This document shows, in pieces, positions 1 to 8,355 of a DNA stretch of 29,091 nucleotides (its first letter is position 1; each line of letters starts with the position of its first letter). Source of the DNA: a virus (Duplodnaviria > Caudoviricetes). The stretch lies in IMG/VR virus record IMGVR_UViG_3300017909_004860, positions 1 to 29,091 of that record. One strand, given 5' to 3'. The notes under the pieces were generated by a model that was not told the DNA's origin, did not search any database, and was given only the letters and a program-made list of their open reading frames with translations. Both the position numbers and the translations under genes were made by a program.

Positions 1-101
1 ACGTCTACATCTCCCATCTCCGCCCTATCGTCGATAGCAACACGAACTCAACACCTCAGTACAACAACAAATACAGGGTGTGGGGCACTCGATTCAAGTA
101 A
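1..101 (+). CDS. 3' end of an upstream (probably tail/structural) gene, partial
   Basis: Open frame from base 3 (VYISHLRPIVDSNTNSTPQYNNKYRVWGTRFK) to TAA at 99-101, just before the next gene. Confidence 0.55.
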   Translation, partial: VYISHLRPIVDSNTNSTPQYNNKYRVWGTRFK

Positions 102-138
102 ACGACTCTCCGTAAAATACGGATAACGCATACAAACC

Positions 139-1215
139 ATGTCCGTCCGCATCCAAGTCCGCCGAGACAGTTCAGAAAATTGGCAGGAAGCCAATCCAGT
201 TCTGGCGTCAGGCGAGATCGGTTACATCACTGATCTGCGGATGGCCAAGATCGGCAATGGTTCCGATCCTTTCAACACCCTCCAGTTTCTCGTAGGTGGG
301 AATGAAGCGCAGATTCTTGCGCTGATCAATCAAAACACCGCTGCGATTACAGCAGAGTCGCAGGCCCGAGCATCTGGTGACGCAGGACTGCAAAGTGCGA
401 TCAATGCCGAGAGCGCTGCTCGCTCCGAGGCCGACAACGAACTAAGCGGCCGCATCCTCGCCCTCGAAACTGCCGACCCCGAGATCCCTGAGATCCCCGA
501 GGGTTTAGCCGAGCAGGTCCAAACCAACACCGAAGCCATTCAAGGCTTGGTCACGAACGACGAGAATCTTGCTGACGCCATCAACGGCAAGCTGAGCCTG
601 CCCCAGGGCGAGCTGACCGAACTCAATGTCAACGATTGGCTCATCATCGGACGAACAGATCCGAATACGGGCATCACTCCCACATACCTGAGCAGGTTGT
701 CCACGCTCAAAGACGAGTTGGGTCATCCCGAGAAACCACCTGCCACGGGCTTTGCCAAGTACGTGTTTGCTGGAGAAACTTGGTGGGGCCAGCCTGCCAA
801 AGGTGAACTGTGGACCAACTTTGGTGAGAACCAGATCTACCTCAGCGCCACCGATGGCGAAGATAAAGATCAGACCGAGAACATCAGAGCGCTGAGGAAA
901 GGAGAAACTTTATTGGTTTCGGGACCAGAAGGCTGGACCCGGTTCGGTATCAAAGCCAAACCCAGTTTTGCCTCAGGCGAGAACGGCGACTACTACGTCA
1001 TCAACGTCCGTTTAGAAGACCTCGAAGGACGTATCAACATTGGGGATGAGATTGTCCTATCTCTGGCGGAAGACGAAGGGTTAGCCAATTACATCGAAAG
1101 CGTCCCCGCCATGGACCCCCTAACTGATTTATACGAGACCGTTGCCAAAATGAGGAAGGAGCTAACCGCTCTGAAAGGCCAAGTCACTCGACTCAAAAAT
1201 GGCAGTAGCAAATGA
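139..1215 (+). CDS. Tail fibre/virion structural protein with Mtd_N (hyaluronidase-type N-terminal) domain and coiled-coil segments
   Basis: N-terminus RIQVRRDSSENWQEANPVLASGEIGYITD matches the Mtd_N/HylP-type head motif; AESQARASGD/AESAARSEAD coiled-coil repeats; C-terminal coiled coil. Confidence 0.75.
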   Translation: MSVRIQVRRDSSENWQEANPVLASGEIGYITDLRMAKIGNGSDPFNTLQFLVGGNEAQILALINQNTAAITAESQARASGDAGLQSAINAESAARSEADNELSGRILALETADPEIPEIPEGLAEQVQTNTEAIQGLVTNDENLADAINGKLSLPQGELTELNVNDWLIIGRTDPNTGITPTYLSRLSTLKDELGHPEKPPATGFAKYVFAGETWWGQPAKGELWTNFGENQIYLSATDGEDKDQTENIRALRKGETLLVSGPEGWTRFGIKAKPSFASGENGDYYVINVRLEDLEGRINIGDEIVLSLAEDEGLANYIESVPAMDPLTDLYETVAKMRKELTALKGQVTRLKNGSSK

Positions 1216-1613
1216 CCCCAACATCACCGACCTCGGATCCGGGTGGACAATCACCAGGCTCTACGACAAGGCCGGTGCTTATTACCGAGTCGACGGACCA
1301 GGGAACAAATCCACCACAACCGAAGACTTCTACTACGCCCACGTCTACGCCAAAAGGCTCGGGTGGGAAGGGTGAGTTCCGCCCCCTCCCCTTCCTATAC
1401 CGGATGCTGGTGGGCATATTCCTAGTGGAAACGTTCTTCCTCGCTATGACGTACAGAGGTTGTATGAATATGCAAAAAACCTCGGGGGACAACATCCAAG
1501 AAATCTGCCCGCGTTTAGCAGAACGTTCAGACAATTTGTTTGGCGTGGCAGTTGCCACTGTGCTCAGCCTGATGACAGGCCAAGCGGTGGAGAACTTCAG
1601 AAGGAAGGACTAG
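1212..1613 (+). CDS. Small membrane protein, holin-like candidate (P/T/S-rich N-terminus, two hydrophobic segments)
   Basis: Overlaps the upstream stop; hydrophobic stretches FLYRMLVGIFLVETFFLAM and LFGVAVATVLSLMTG; basic C-terminus; close to the endolysin. Confidence 0.5.
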   Translation: MTPTSPTSDPGGQSPGSTTRPVLITESTDQGTNPPQPKTSTTPTSTPKGSGGKGEFRPLPFLYRMLVGIFLVETFFLAMTYRGCMNMQKTSGDNIQEICPRLAERSDNLFGVAVATVLSLMTGQAVENFRRKD

Positions 1614-1753
1614 ACGGTCTCGGTGTGCCAGACGATCCAGCCTTCACCGGTCAACCTTTCCCTAGCTTTCTTGGCTTCTGAGACTGGAAAGTCAAAGACA
1701 TTAGTCACCCCGTTCATGTAGCAGTACAACCTGACGAGACCGCACATAGTCAT
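1610..1753 (-). CDS. Small hypothetical phage protein (47 aa)
   Basis: ATG at 1753 overlaps the TGA of the upstream ORF (ATGA coupling); MTMCGLVRLYCYMNGV...GWIVWHTETV. Confidence 0.6.
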   Translation of the reverse strand: MTMCGLVRLYCYMNGVTNVFDFPVSEAKKARERLTGEGWIVWHTETV

Positions 1754-1935
1754 CCTCGGGGATAGAGCATTCCGGTCTCGGGACGATCGTCCTCGCAAAG
1801 ACCAGAGTCACCACTCTGCGAACAAACAGGGCTCAATAAAAAGCGGATGCTTTTCTTAAAAGTTGGGAACTTGATAAAAATGTCAGGTTCAACAGGCAAT
1901 AGGTAAAAAGGTAGCTCAAGGATCGGAACAGTCAT
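1750..1935 (-). CDS. Small hypothetical protein
   Basis: ATGA overlaps with the neighbours at both ends; fills the gap in a tightly packed operon. Confidence 0.5.
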   Translation of the reverse strand: MTVPILELPFYLLPVEPDIFIKFPTFKKSIRFLLSPVCSQSGDSGLCEDDRPETGMLYPRG

Positions 1936-2777
1936 GAGGTGGGATTGTCAGGATTTACAGCACCAGTTTTTAGGAGGAGAGAGATAGTGCTGCTTACATT
2001 TAGATCTATGTAAAAATCATCTGCAATTTGAACGGCTTCACACGAAGATTCATCGCTATACAACGCCGCACTTTGAATACTACCATTACTGGCCCTATTG
2101 TATTTCGTAAACATATCAGAACTCACATATTGGTGAGTCAGAAAAGCAGTTGGATACGAAGGACCACCGGCTAAATCAACGGCATTAGTAACAAAGCCTG
2201 TTTTATTATTGTATCTTCCAGTACCTATTAAATAACGATTTCCAGTTGCTGTAATTATAGTAGTAAACCAACCTTCCCAGTAATATGGATCGTCAACTGT
2301 GTCATTACAAGCACCTGAAAAAGGGAGAGAAACAGCAAACAAATTGCTGCCATCAGTCAACCCTGTAGCTACTCCCTTGCGCCTAACCAAAAAAGAATTA
2401 CTGTCTTGATCTGACTCCCAAACTTGAATATCAAATGTGCCATAAAAATACAGAAAGGGAGAGGTAGTAGTGGTTGATTTACTAGTAATACCAAGCGTGG
2501 GATCTGTTTCATTTATATCCCAGGTATAACTAATAACATCATTGGTTGTAATCTCAAACTCGTGAACTTGACTGGTTTGCATAACCGTCCCAATAGTTGT
2601 AACCCAACTCTGCCTCGTTCCGTAATAAATATCGCTGCCTGAATTCCCTTTAAAAGCTGTGTAACCTCTTGTAGTCAAATACGTCAAATAAAACCAATCA
2701 AGCCAAGCTGCTATATCAGTAGTGTCACTAGCGTCGGCGCGAGTGACAGTCCGTTCGTCAGCAAGAATCCAAGTCAT
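1932..2777 (-). CDS. Hypothetical T/S/Y/D-rich protein, probably virion or receptor-binding; AT-rich gene
   Basis: 281-aa ORF with beta-rich composition, co-oriented with the lysin. Confidence 0.6.
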   Translation of the reverse strand: MTWILADERTVTRADASDTTDIAAWLDWFYLTYLTTRGYTAFKGNSGSDIYYGTRQSWVTTIGTVMQTSQVHEFEITTNDVISYTWDINETDPTLGITSKSTTTTSPFLYFYGTFDIQVWESDQDSNSFLVRRKGVATGLTDGSNLFAVSLPFSGACNDTVDDPYYWEGWFTTIITATGNRYLIGTGRYNNKTGFVTNAVDLAGGPSYPTAFLTHQYVSSDMFTKYNRASNGSIQSAALYSDESSCEAVQIADDFYIDLNVSSTISLLLKTGAVNPDNPTS

Positions 2778-2782
2778 GATGA

Positions 2783-3532
2783 TTAAATTCGAGTAATAAC
2801 TGCTTTAGCTTTATTGTACCAATGCCTCCTATCTTCCAAGCCGTTATAGCCTCCATTCAAAATTCTTGTTGCATACTCTACATCACCCGACTTACACACC
2901 TCTAAATAGTTGTTGTTAATCAACCAACCAATGCAAATGCTGAATGGGTACTTTTCCGCAGTGTAAGCAGTACCTTCGGCCATGATACGAGGATCATTTA
3001 AGCCTCTCTTTTCGCGCAGATAATCATAACTAGCCTGGAAATTTGCACGACCTGTGCATTGAATAGCGCCACATCCCGAGAAACGGGCACCATCTCCGCT
3101 CTGATAATTTCCAAGATCCGAGCGTCCCTCGTACATGCTTGTGAAATAAGCAGTAGAGCCCAGTTCTTTCATATAGACCCAATTCGCAGTTTCATGCGCC
3201 ATCTGCGCAATCAACATCTGAAATGCAGTCAGATCTTTATCAAAGCCAGTCGTGGCAAGGAGATCATTGAAGTCATTGCAAAACGTCTCATCAAAAGAAG
3301 ACGCCGCATGCCCGGAATACCTGCCCATCAATTCAGGCGTGACCGGGCCGGAGATCTTTGAGCTTGGTGGCGGCTCGGGTGGATTGCGATAAGTAGTAAC
3401 CCACCCCGAGTCTGATTTCAAAAGACTCTCGGGCATGGCCTCATACAGCTGCTTTACAGCTTCAGCTTGGTGAGCTTCGTCATTGAAGTAAGTCCAGAAA
3501 TTCTGGAATTCAGCCGGGGTGAGTTTTGTCAT
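2783..3532 (-). CDS. Endolysin, glycoside hydrolase family 19 (chitinase-like), with an extra N-terminal domain
   Basis: AQMAHET, YEGRSDLGN...GDG.RF.G.GAIQ.TGRANF, TRILNGGYNGLEDR motifs. Confidence 0.9.
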   Translation of the reverse strand: MTKLTPAEFQNFWTYFNDEAHQAEAVKQLYEAMPESLLKSDSGWVTTYRNPPEPPPSSKISGPVTPELMGRYSGHAASSFDETFCNDFNDLLATTGFDKDLTAFQMLIAQMAHETANWVYMKELGSTAYFTSMYEGRSDLGNYQSGDGARFSGCGAIQCTGRANFQASYDYLREKRGLNDPRIMAEGTAYTAEKYPFSICIGWLINNNYLEVCKSGDVEYATRILNGGYNGLEDRRHWYNKAKAVITRI

Positions 3533-3535
3533 TGA

Positions 3536-4843
3536 TCAGGCCACAGTCAGAGAACGAGGGGATCCACCGCCACCGGGATGGAAATTGCCGCCACCAACAC
3601 AAGTCATGGTGATCTTGGTGCCTTCAACTGCGATGTCTCCATCCCAGCGATTGGCCAACCAGCCGATAACCAATTCCTTCTCGCCCTCGGTGGGGGTGTA
3701 AGCCATCCGACCGAAGTCTCCGAGCTTGCCGTTGTGGGTCAAGGTGAAGGCACTGCTGTTCACCGGGGTGACGACGAAGTCCCGGTTGTGCCAACGGCGA
3801 TACCAGTAGAGGATCGAAGCGGCCTGGTACTGAGCGTTGCCGTTCAGCTCTCCGCCCTCAACGATCTGGTCGGGCTCGTCATCAATGATGCCGGTGCCGA
3901 GGCTTGCGAGCCGCAGCTCCGCACCCGCAGAGTCGGTGATAGTCACCACACCACGGACGCTCTTGCCCTTGTCGGTCTCCCCGAGGCTGTAGCTCAGCCC
4001 TGCAAAGCCATCAATGACATCCCAGCTGCCATCGGTGCCCCACTCCCAGGAATAAGTCTCGGTGTAAGGCTCTTTGCCGCCCTGAGCAGTGCCAGGAATG
4101 ATGGTCAGGATTTTGCCGGTGAAAGGCTCACCTTCGAGGACGGTGTCCGTCTTCTTCCCCAGCTCAGCACCGGGCTCGGGCTCAGGTGGTGTCACCTGTG
4201 AGTCGTAGACCTTCTCAGCGGTTTGGGGGCTATCGGTGCAGGTGTTATCGACCGTTGACACCGTGACCGTGATATTGGCCGCAGCGGCAGGCTCCGAGAA
4301 TGTGATTGCGACTGGGTTGGAAGTGGCATCTGCGATCTCGCAGTTGACCCCCTCACCTTCCACAACCCAGGCGTAAGTCAGATACTCACTGTCGCCAGTG
4401 TTGTCAGCGGTGAAGTTGACCGCCTCCCCTACGACGCCGGTAGCGGGACCACTGATGGTGACAGGGCCGATGGTGGTATCAGCGGGATAAACGACCCCGG
4501 TTTTTTCCGAGTCGAACTCTTCAGGATCTGCCTCACCCTCTTGGACGACGTCGGCGACCTTGAAGATGCGACCAACATCCTCAGCAGTGAGCAAGCGAGT
4601 CGTGAAGAGTCCTTTGACGGCCCAATCGGTACCACCGTTGTCGGAGTAGTACCACTTGGTGTTTTTGACCTCACCGGACGCATAGGTGCCGGAAGTGGCG
4701 GTCAGCTCTTCGCCGACCTTGCACTCCCCGGTAATGACGGGGGGAGACGTTTGTGTAATAGCCATTGGAGAAATGGGGGTTCCCTCGTTGAGGGCGGGTG
4801 CGGACGTAACTGCGCGTGGTTTTGTCCTCCTAGTTCGGGCCAT
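3536..4843 (-). CDS. Virion structural protein with repeated Ig-like/PKD domains (start 4843 or 4765)
   Basis: PVITGECKVGEELTATSGTY...WY, GEPFTGKILT...YSWEW...YSLGETDKGKSVRGVVT and ISGPATGVVGEAVNFTA...YAW patterns. Confidence 0.75.
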   Translation of the reverse strand: MARTRRTKPRAVTSAPALNEGTPISPMAITQTSPPVITGECKVGEELTATSGTYASGEVKNTKWYYSDNGGTDWAVKGLFTTRLLTAEDVGRIFKVADVVQEGEADPEEFDSEKTGVVYPADTTIGPVTISGPATGVVGEAVNFTADNTGDSEYLTYAWVVEGEGVNCEIADATSNPVAITFSEPAAAANITVTVSTVDNTCTDSPQTAEKVYDSQVTPPEPEPGAELGKKTDTVLEGEPFTGKILTIIPGTAQGGKEPYTETYSWEWGTDGSWDVIDGFAGLSYSLGETDKGKSVRGVVTITDSAGAELRLASLGTGIIDDEPDQIVEGGELNGNAQYQAASILYWYRRWHNRDFVVTPVNSSAFTLTHNGKLGDFGRMAYTPTEGEKELVIGWLANRWDGDIAVEGTKITMTCVGGGNFHPGGGGSPRSLTVA

Positions 4844-4957
4844 CCGCACCGCAGCAGCTACCCCTCAAGTTTAGGTTTATCTCTGTTCTTGGACTAAATT
4901 GGTTGAGCCAGCGGGTTGCAGCCCCTGGCCCCGGATCACTCGCACTACCGAGCAACC

Positions 4958-6589
4958 ATGAGCATTATCGAGGAACGCTGGCGTCCTGTCGTCGGCGATG
5001 AAAAAAGATTCGTGTCTTCCCATGGGCGAGCCATGGGGCCAAGAGGGCTTTTAAAGGTCAGCACCAAGTACGGGTACGCCAAAGCAGGGGATCTGCGTAT
5101 CCACGTAGCGGTGGCTGAAGCCTTTTTCGGTCCTCGCACAGATCCGAAGCATGTTGTGTGCCATGGAGACCATGGGCATCTCTGCAATGGCATATGGAAT
5201 CTGCGCTACGACAGCCATGTGGAGAACATGGGCGACAAGAGCGCAACATGGGCAGAGCAAGGCAAGAAACCAAGCCCTGTGGTTTGGCCGCTAGCAAACG
5301 AATACAGACTAGGAACTAGCGGAAGACTAGAACCCGTTGCGGCAGAAGAGATCTTAAGCTCTACTTGTCACTTTGGGGTAGTGGGGGTCGTGGGTTCAAA
5401 TCCCGCCGCTCCGATTGATCAAACATCCGTCGACGACCAAAACCCCAGTGAGAATGCGGCTTCCGGGCCGCTCCTCTGGTCGTCGCCAGACCAGTGCGGA
5501 CCACTACAATGTGGTCTCTACAGGTCTGAAATGAGCCCACTTAGTAACCCGATAGAACCGGGGGCACTTAAACGGCTCAACGCAAGGCTCAAAGAAGACG
5601 GTGTCCGGGTCCAGGTCGTCCTTAAAGGGCCTTCGGCCTACCTTCGAGCTTCCTACCCACACAAAGACGGAGGCCCACTCAAAAAGCAATACTCGCTCAA
5701 GCTCGACACGATCGAATTACATGAGATCGACAAGCTGGCAAGGAAGGTCGGAGCCCTCTTGCGCTACAACAAATTTGACTGGAGTCTCTGGGGAACTACC
5801 AAAGAAGAGCGAGAGGGTAAAACTGTCGCAGATTTCCGAGAAGCAGCCAGGAAGCTCTACGACGAAAAATACGACAAGGAAACTACGTGGAAAAAAAAGT
5901 GGGGGCCTGCGCTAGCGAAGCTCCCACCTGATTCCGTCCTCGTTTCCAGCGAGCTGTTAGCCGCTGTAGTAAGAACAATGACCTATGGCTCAGCAGGTCG
6001 AAGAGATCAGGGACACATTTTCTGCCAAGTTGCGCAAACCCTAAAATTACCGACAGAGGAAATTAGGGAAGCAGCTCGGGGGTACACGACCAAAAAACTC
6101 CAACCCAGAGACATTCCGACCGACGATCAGATTGAATCCATATACAACCAACTCAAACCAAACCATTGGCGTTGGATGTTTGGTATGTGCGCAGCCTTTG
6201 GCCTTCGCCCCCACGAAATCGTCGAATGCAAGCTTTTAAAGGACGGAACCGTAGAAATTGGAGACGAAACCAAAACTGGTTTTCGGCTGGCGTGGGCGTG
6301 CAAGGAAGAGTGGTTAGAAAAATTCAACCTCTTTGACGTGCAAAGCCCTCCTCAGACAAAAGAGACTGTGGCTAAGGCGGCTAATGACTACCTCCACAAA
6401 CGTGGTCCCGTCCCCTTTGCCTTGTACAACTTGCGGCACGCATACGCAATCCGACTGTTCCACAAAAAAGTACCGAGCGACATCGGCGCAAGACTCATGG
6501 GACATAGCGACAAAGTCCACCGGGAGACTTATCACCGTTGGTATGACGCTCGGGAGATCAGTCAGCTTCGCGGTCAATTCCAGCTCTAA
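4958..6589 (+). CDS. Single open frame: NUMOD4/HNH endonuclease domain (approx 4958-5260), linker containing attP, then tyrosine integrase
   Basis: ERWRPVVG..FVSSHGR (NUMOD4-like), IHVAVAEAFFG...VCHGD...N...NLRY...EN (HNH); no stop codon before the integrase. Confidence 0.6.
   Translation: MSIIEERWRPVVGDEKRFVSSHGRAMGPRGLLKVSTKYGYAKAGDLRIHVAVAEAFFGPRTDPKHVVCHGDHGHLCNGIWNLRYDSHVENMGDKSATWAEQGKKPSPVVWPLANEYRLGTSGRLEPVAAEEILSSTCHFGVVGVVGSNPAAPIDQTSVDDQNPSENAASGPLLWSSPDQCGPLQCGLYRSEMSPLSNPIEPGALKRLNARLKEDGVRVQVVLKGPSAYLRASYPHKDGGPLKKQYSLKLDTIELHEIDKLARKVGALLRYNKFDWSLWGTTKEEREGKTVADFREAARKLYDEKYDKETTWKKKWGPALAKLPPDSVLVSSELLAAVVRTMTYGSAGRRDQGHIFCQVAQTLKLPTEEIREAARGYTTKKLQPRDIPTDDQIESIYNQLKPNHWRWMFGMCAAFGLRPHEIVECKLLKDGTVEIGDETKTGFRLAWACKEEWLEKFNLFDVQSPPQTKETVAKAANDYLHKRGPVPFALYNLRHAYAIRLFHKKVPSDIGARLMGHSDKVHRETYHRWYDAREISQLRGQFQL
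5369..5414 (+). other. attP core: 3' part (anticodon arm to discriminator) of a cyanobacterial tRNA-Pro(GGG)
   Basis: CACT-TTGGGGT-AGTG anticodon arm (GGG), GTGGG-TTCAAAT-CCCGC T-arm, CGCTCCGA acceptor 3' strand; no 5' tRNA half; about 115 bp upstream of the integrase ATG. Confidence 0.9.
5431..5485 (+). terminator. Nested hairpin immediately 3' of the att core (tRNA 3' processing or terminator element supplied at the att junction)
   Basis: CGACGACCA (5431-5439) / TGGTCGTCG (5477-5485) enclosing GCGGC-TTCCGG-GCCGC; no U-tract. Confidence 0.45.
5531..6589 (+). CDS. int: Tyrosine recombinase/integrase, cyanobacterial type (internal ATG of the longer frame)
   Basis: GLRPHEI (R), ETKTG (K), YNLRHAYAIR, ARLMGHS, HRETYHRW (catalytic Y); N-terminal LNARLK...YLRA arm-binding region. 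Confidence 0.93.
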   Translation: MSPLSNPIEPGALKRLNARLKEDGVRVQVVLKGPSAYLRASYPHKDGGPLKKQYSLKLDTIELHEIDKLARKVGALLRYNKFDWSLWGTTKEEREGKTVADFREAARKLYDEKYDKETTWKKKWGPALAKLPPDSVLVSSELLAAVVRTMTYGSAGRRDQGHIFCQVAQTLKLPTEEIREAARGYTTKKLQPRDIPTDDQIESIYNQLKPNHWRWMFGMCAAFGLRPHEIVECKLLKDGTVEIGDETKTGFRLAWACKEEWLEKFNLFDVQSPPQTKETVAKAANDYLHKRGPVPFALYNLRHAYAIRLFHKKVPSDIGARLMGHSDKVHRETYHRWYDAREISQLRGQFQL

Positions 6590-6596
6590 CCAAAAC

Positions 6597-6625
6597 TTGA
6601 TCTAACCAGTCCTGACCAGTATGAT
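6597..6625 (+). promoter_or_regulatory. sigma70-type promoter for the excisionase-like gene
   Basis: TTGATC (6597-6602), 17 bp, TATGAT (6620-6625); overlapped by inverted repeat CCAGTCCT (6606-6613)/AGGACTGG (6632-6639). Confidence 0.6.
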
Positions 6626-6647
6626 TCGGCTAGGACTGGCAACCAGA

Positions 6648-6938
6648 ATGGAAGCGCTGCTGATCGACATGGCCAATCGCTTAGCTCGGATGGAGCAACT
6701 GATGGAGGCCCACTTCCAGGAGCAAGAGCAGTCGGAATGGCTGAGCCCTGCTGAGTTCTGCAAGCAAGCAGGCATCACTAACGATGCCCTGCGTGGCCTC
6801 ATCAAAAAAGGCCGCATCCACGGTGACGCGATCCGAAACGTCGGAACGGCCAAGCGGATGCGGCTGAAATATCACCGAGTGAAGGCTCTCAACCAATACC
6901 TGAACAGAGAGCCAGCACCCGATTACCGAAAGGGTTAA
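6648..6938 (+). CDS. Excisionase-like HTH DNA-binding protein
   Basis: EWLSPAEFCKQAGITNDALRGLIKKGRI is a MerR/Xis-like HTH; directly downstream of int; ATG 6648 fits the promoter. Confidence 0.7.
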   Translation: MEALLIDMANRLARMEQLMEAHFQEQEQSEWLSPAEFCKQAGITNDALRGLIKKGRIHGDAIRNVGTAKRMRLKYHRVKALNQYLNREPAPDYRKG

Positions 6939-8329
6939 TTGCAGACAACAAGCTGCTTCTTCGCCCGAGACACAGCCACGTAGGCCAGGGCATTGCTCGC
7001 CTTGTTATTGCGCTTAGGGATGTCTGGGAATACCCAGACCCGATCAAAACTGCTGCCCTGACTCTTGTGAATGGTCATTGCAGTGCTCAAATGCACTGAT
7101 GCAAAGTGCTTTTCGCGCCACAAGATGAACTGATTCAACGCTTTACGAATCAACTCATCCCGAGATCGATCGTCAGCAAACCCCTTTAGGTAGTCCTGCG
7201 TGGCATCAAACTTCTTCTTCTCACCCTGATGGTTGTTGAAGACAAAGAACACGACATCTTTGCCATCAAAGTCGGCGTAGACCTTGTGACAACGATAGAT
7301 ATCCTCATCACCGTCAGCCCCAAGCAAAGCTCTGACTGCCTGCATTCCCAAAATGTGGTCAGCAACCTGCAGCCCTAAGTTCAGCCGGACAGACTCGCAA
7401 CCTAAAACGGTCATATCCATGGAGCTAGGCACCAACGGATGTGATCCACAGGGATCTTCAACTGCCCTAGCAGCCATCACATGCTCTCCCTGCACAAAAG
7501 GCATCTCTACCCCCGGGTTGCGCCGCTTGTGAATCTCGTTATTCACCATGTGGACGTTGCTATTGGTGTGGCAAACAACCTTTAAATGCGGGTCAGCTTC
7601 CGCCGCTGCATACAACGCTTCCAGGTACTCCTTCTTGTTGCCGTAAACAACCACCTCACCCTCATCATCTTGAGCTGCTTTCAAGTTCGGGTAGCCCTTG
7701 CCCCAAGTGCGCACCTTCTTGCAAGCGTCGAGGATGCAGCCGTCGTGCCGCATCACTTCAGTCAAATTGAACGTCAGGTCGCAGTCAGTAAAAGCAGAGC
7801 AAAGCTTGCCATCCGCTACTGGAGGAAGCTGCGCCTTATCCCCGAGGAACAGAATGGTCTGCCAATCGTTCTTCCACTCCAGCAGCCACTGGAAATACTG
7901 CTCCGACATCATCGACACTTCATCGATGACGATGAATTGGTAGGACGCTTCAAGCGGCACCTGCTGCCGCATCGTTACTTTCTCCCGAGTCTGCGGGTCA
8001 GTAACAGGCCGCGCTTTAAGGAGCTGATCGCAGGTGATGATCGGATGGTCAACAATTCCGTATTTGGCTAGCGAAGCCGCAACTTCGCCTTTTGCTTTGT
8101 GGCTCATCGCTGCCACACAAAGTTTCCCGGGGAGCTGCCTTCCCCATTGATCAAACCCAGGATTAGTAGCTCCTGGAACGTTTTCAATAAAATCTTGCAA
8201 AATCCGACCCAAGACTGCTGTCTTTCCAGTGCCTGCTGGACCTTGAAGAAGAATGTTTAAGCCATCGTTGGCATAGACAGCGTCAGAAATGCCTGTGAAG
8301 GCGGCCGCTTGGCCAGCATTGAGATCCAT
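6935..8329 (-). CDS. SF1B DNA helicase (RecD/Dda-like)
   Basis: GPAGTGKT, IVIDEVSM, GDKAQLPPV, LTEVMRH, AMTIHKSQGS, LAYVAVSRAK. Confidence 0.93.
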   Translation of the reverse strand: MDLNAGQAAAFTGISDAVYANDGLNILLQGPAGTGKTAVLGRILQDFIENVPGATNPGFDQWGRQLPGKLCVAAMSHKAKGEVAASLAKYGIVDHPIITCDQLLKARPVTDPQTREKVTMRQQVPLEASYQFIVIDEVSMMSEQYFQWLLEWKNDWQTILFLGDKAQLPPVADGKLCSAFTDCDLTFNLTEVMRHDGCILDACKKVRTWGKGYPNLKAAQDDEGEVVVYGNKKEYLEALYAAAEADPHLKVVCHTNSNVHMVNNEIHKRRNPGVEMPFVQGEHVMAARAVEDPCGSHPLVPSSMDMTVLGCESVRLNLGLQVADHILGMQAVRALLGADGDEDIYRCHKVYADFDGKDVVFFVFNNHQGEKKKFDATQDYLKGFADDRSRDELIRKALNQFILWREKHFASVHLSTAMTIHKSQGSSFDRVWVFPDIPKRNNKASNALAYVAVSRAKKQLVVCN

Positions 8330-8332
8330 TTT

Positions 8333-8344
8333 TGAGTGGATTGA
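8333..8344 (-). repeat. Start-associated repeat TCAATCCACTCA (copy upstream of the helicase)
   Basis: Exact copy 3 nt before ATG 8329. Confidence 0.8.
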
Positions 8345-8355
8345 GTTCCGTTTCC

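Noticed and set aside
478-500. GAGATCCCT/GAGATCCCC tandem repeat
   Set aside because: Explained by a PEIPEIPE linker in the fibre protein
139-1215. Diversity-generating retroelement target, suggested by the Mtd_N-like domain
   Set aside because: No reverse transcriptase and no template/variable repeat pair is visible in the window
3578-4201. 207-aa plus-strand ORF and similar long antisense ORFs (9235-9852, 7586-8071, 11309-11770, 16968-17441)
   Set aside because: They are shadow ORFs opposite well-supported genes and have no recognisable motifs
5340-5420. Complete tRNA-Pro gene
   Set aside because: The 5' acceptor strand and D-arm are absent; only the 3' part is present, as expected for an attP core
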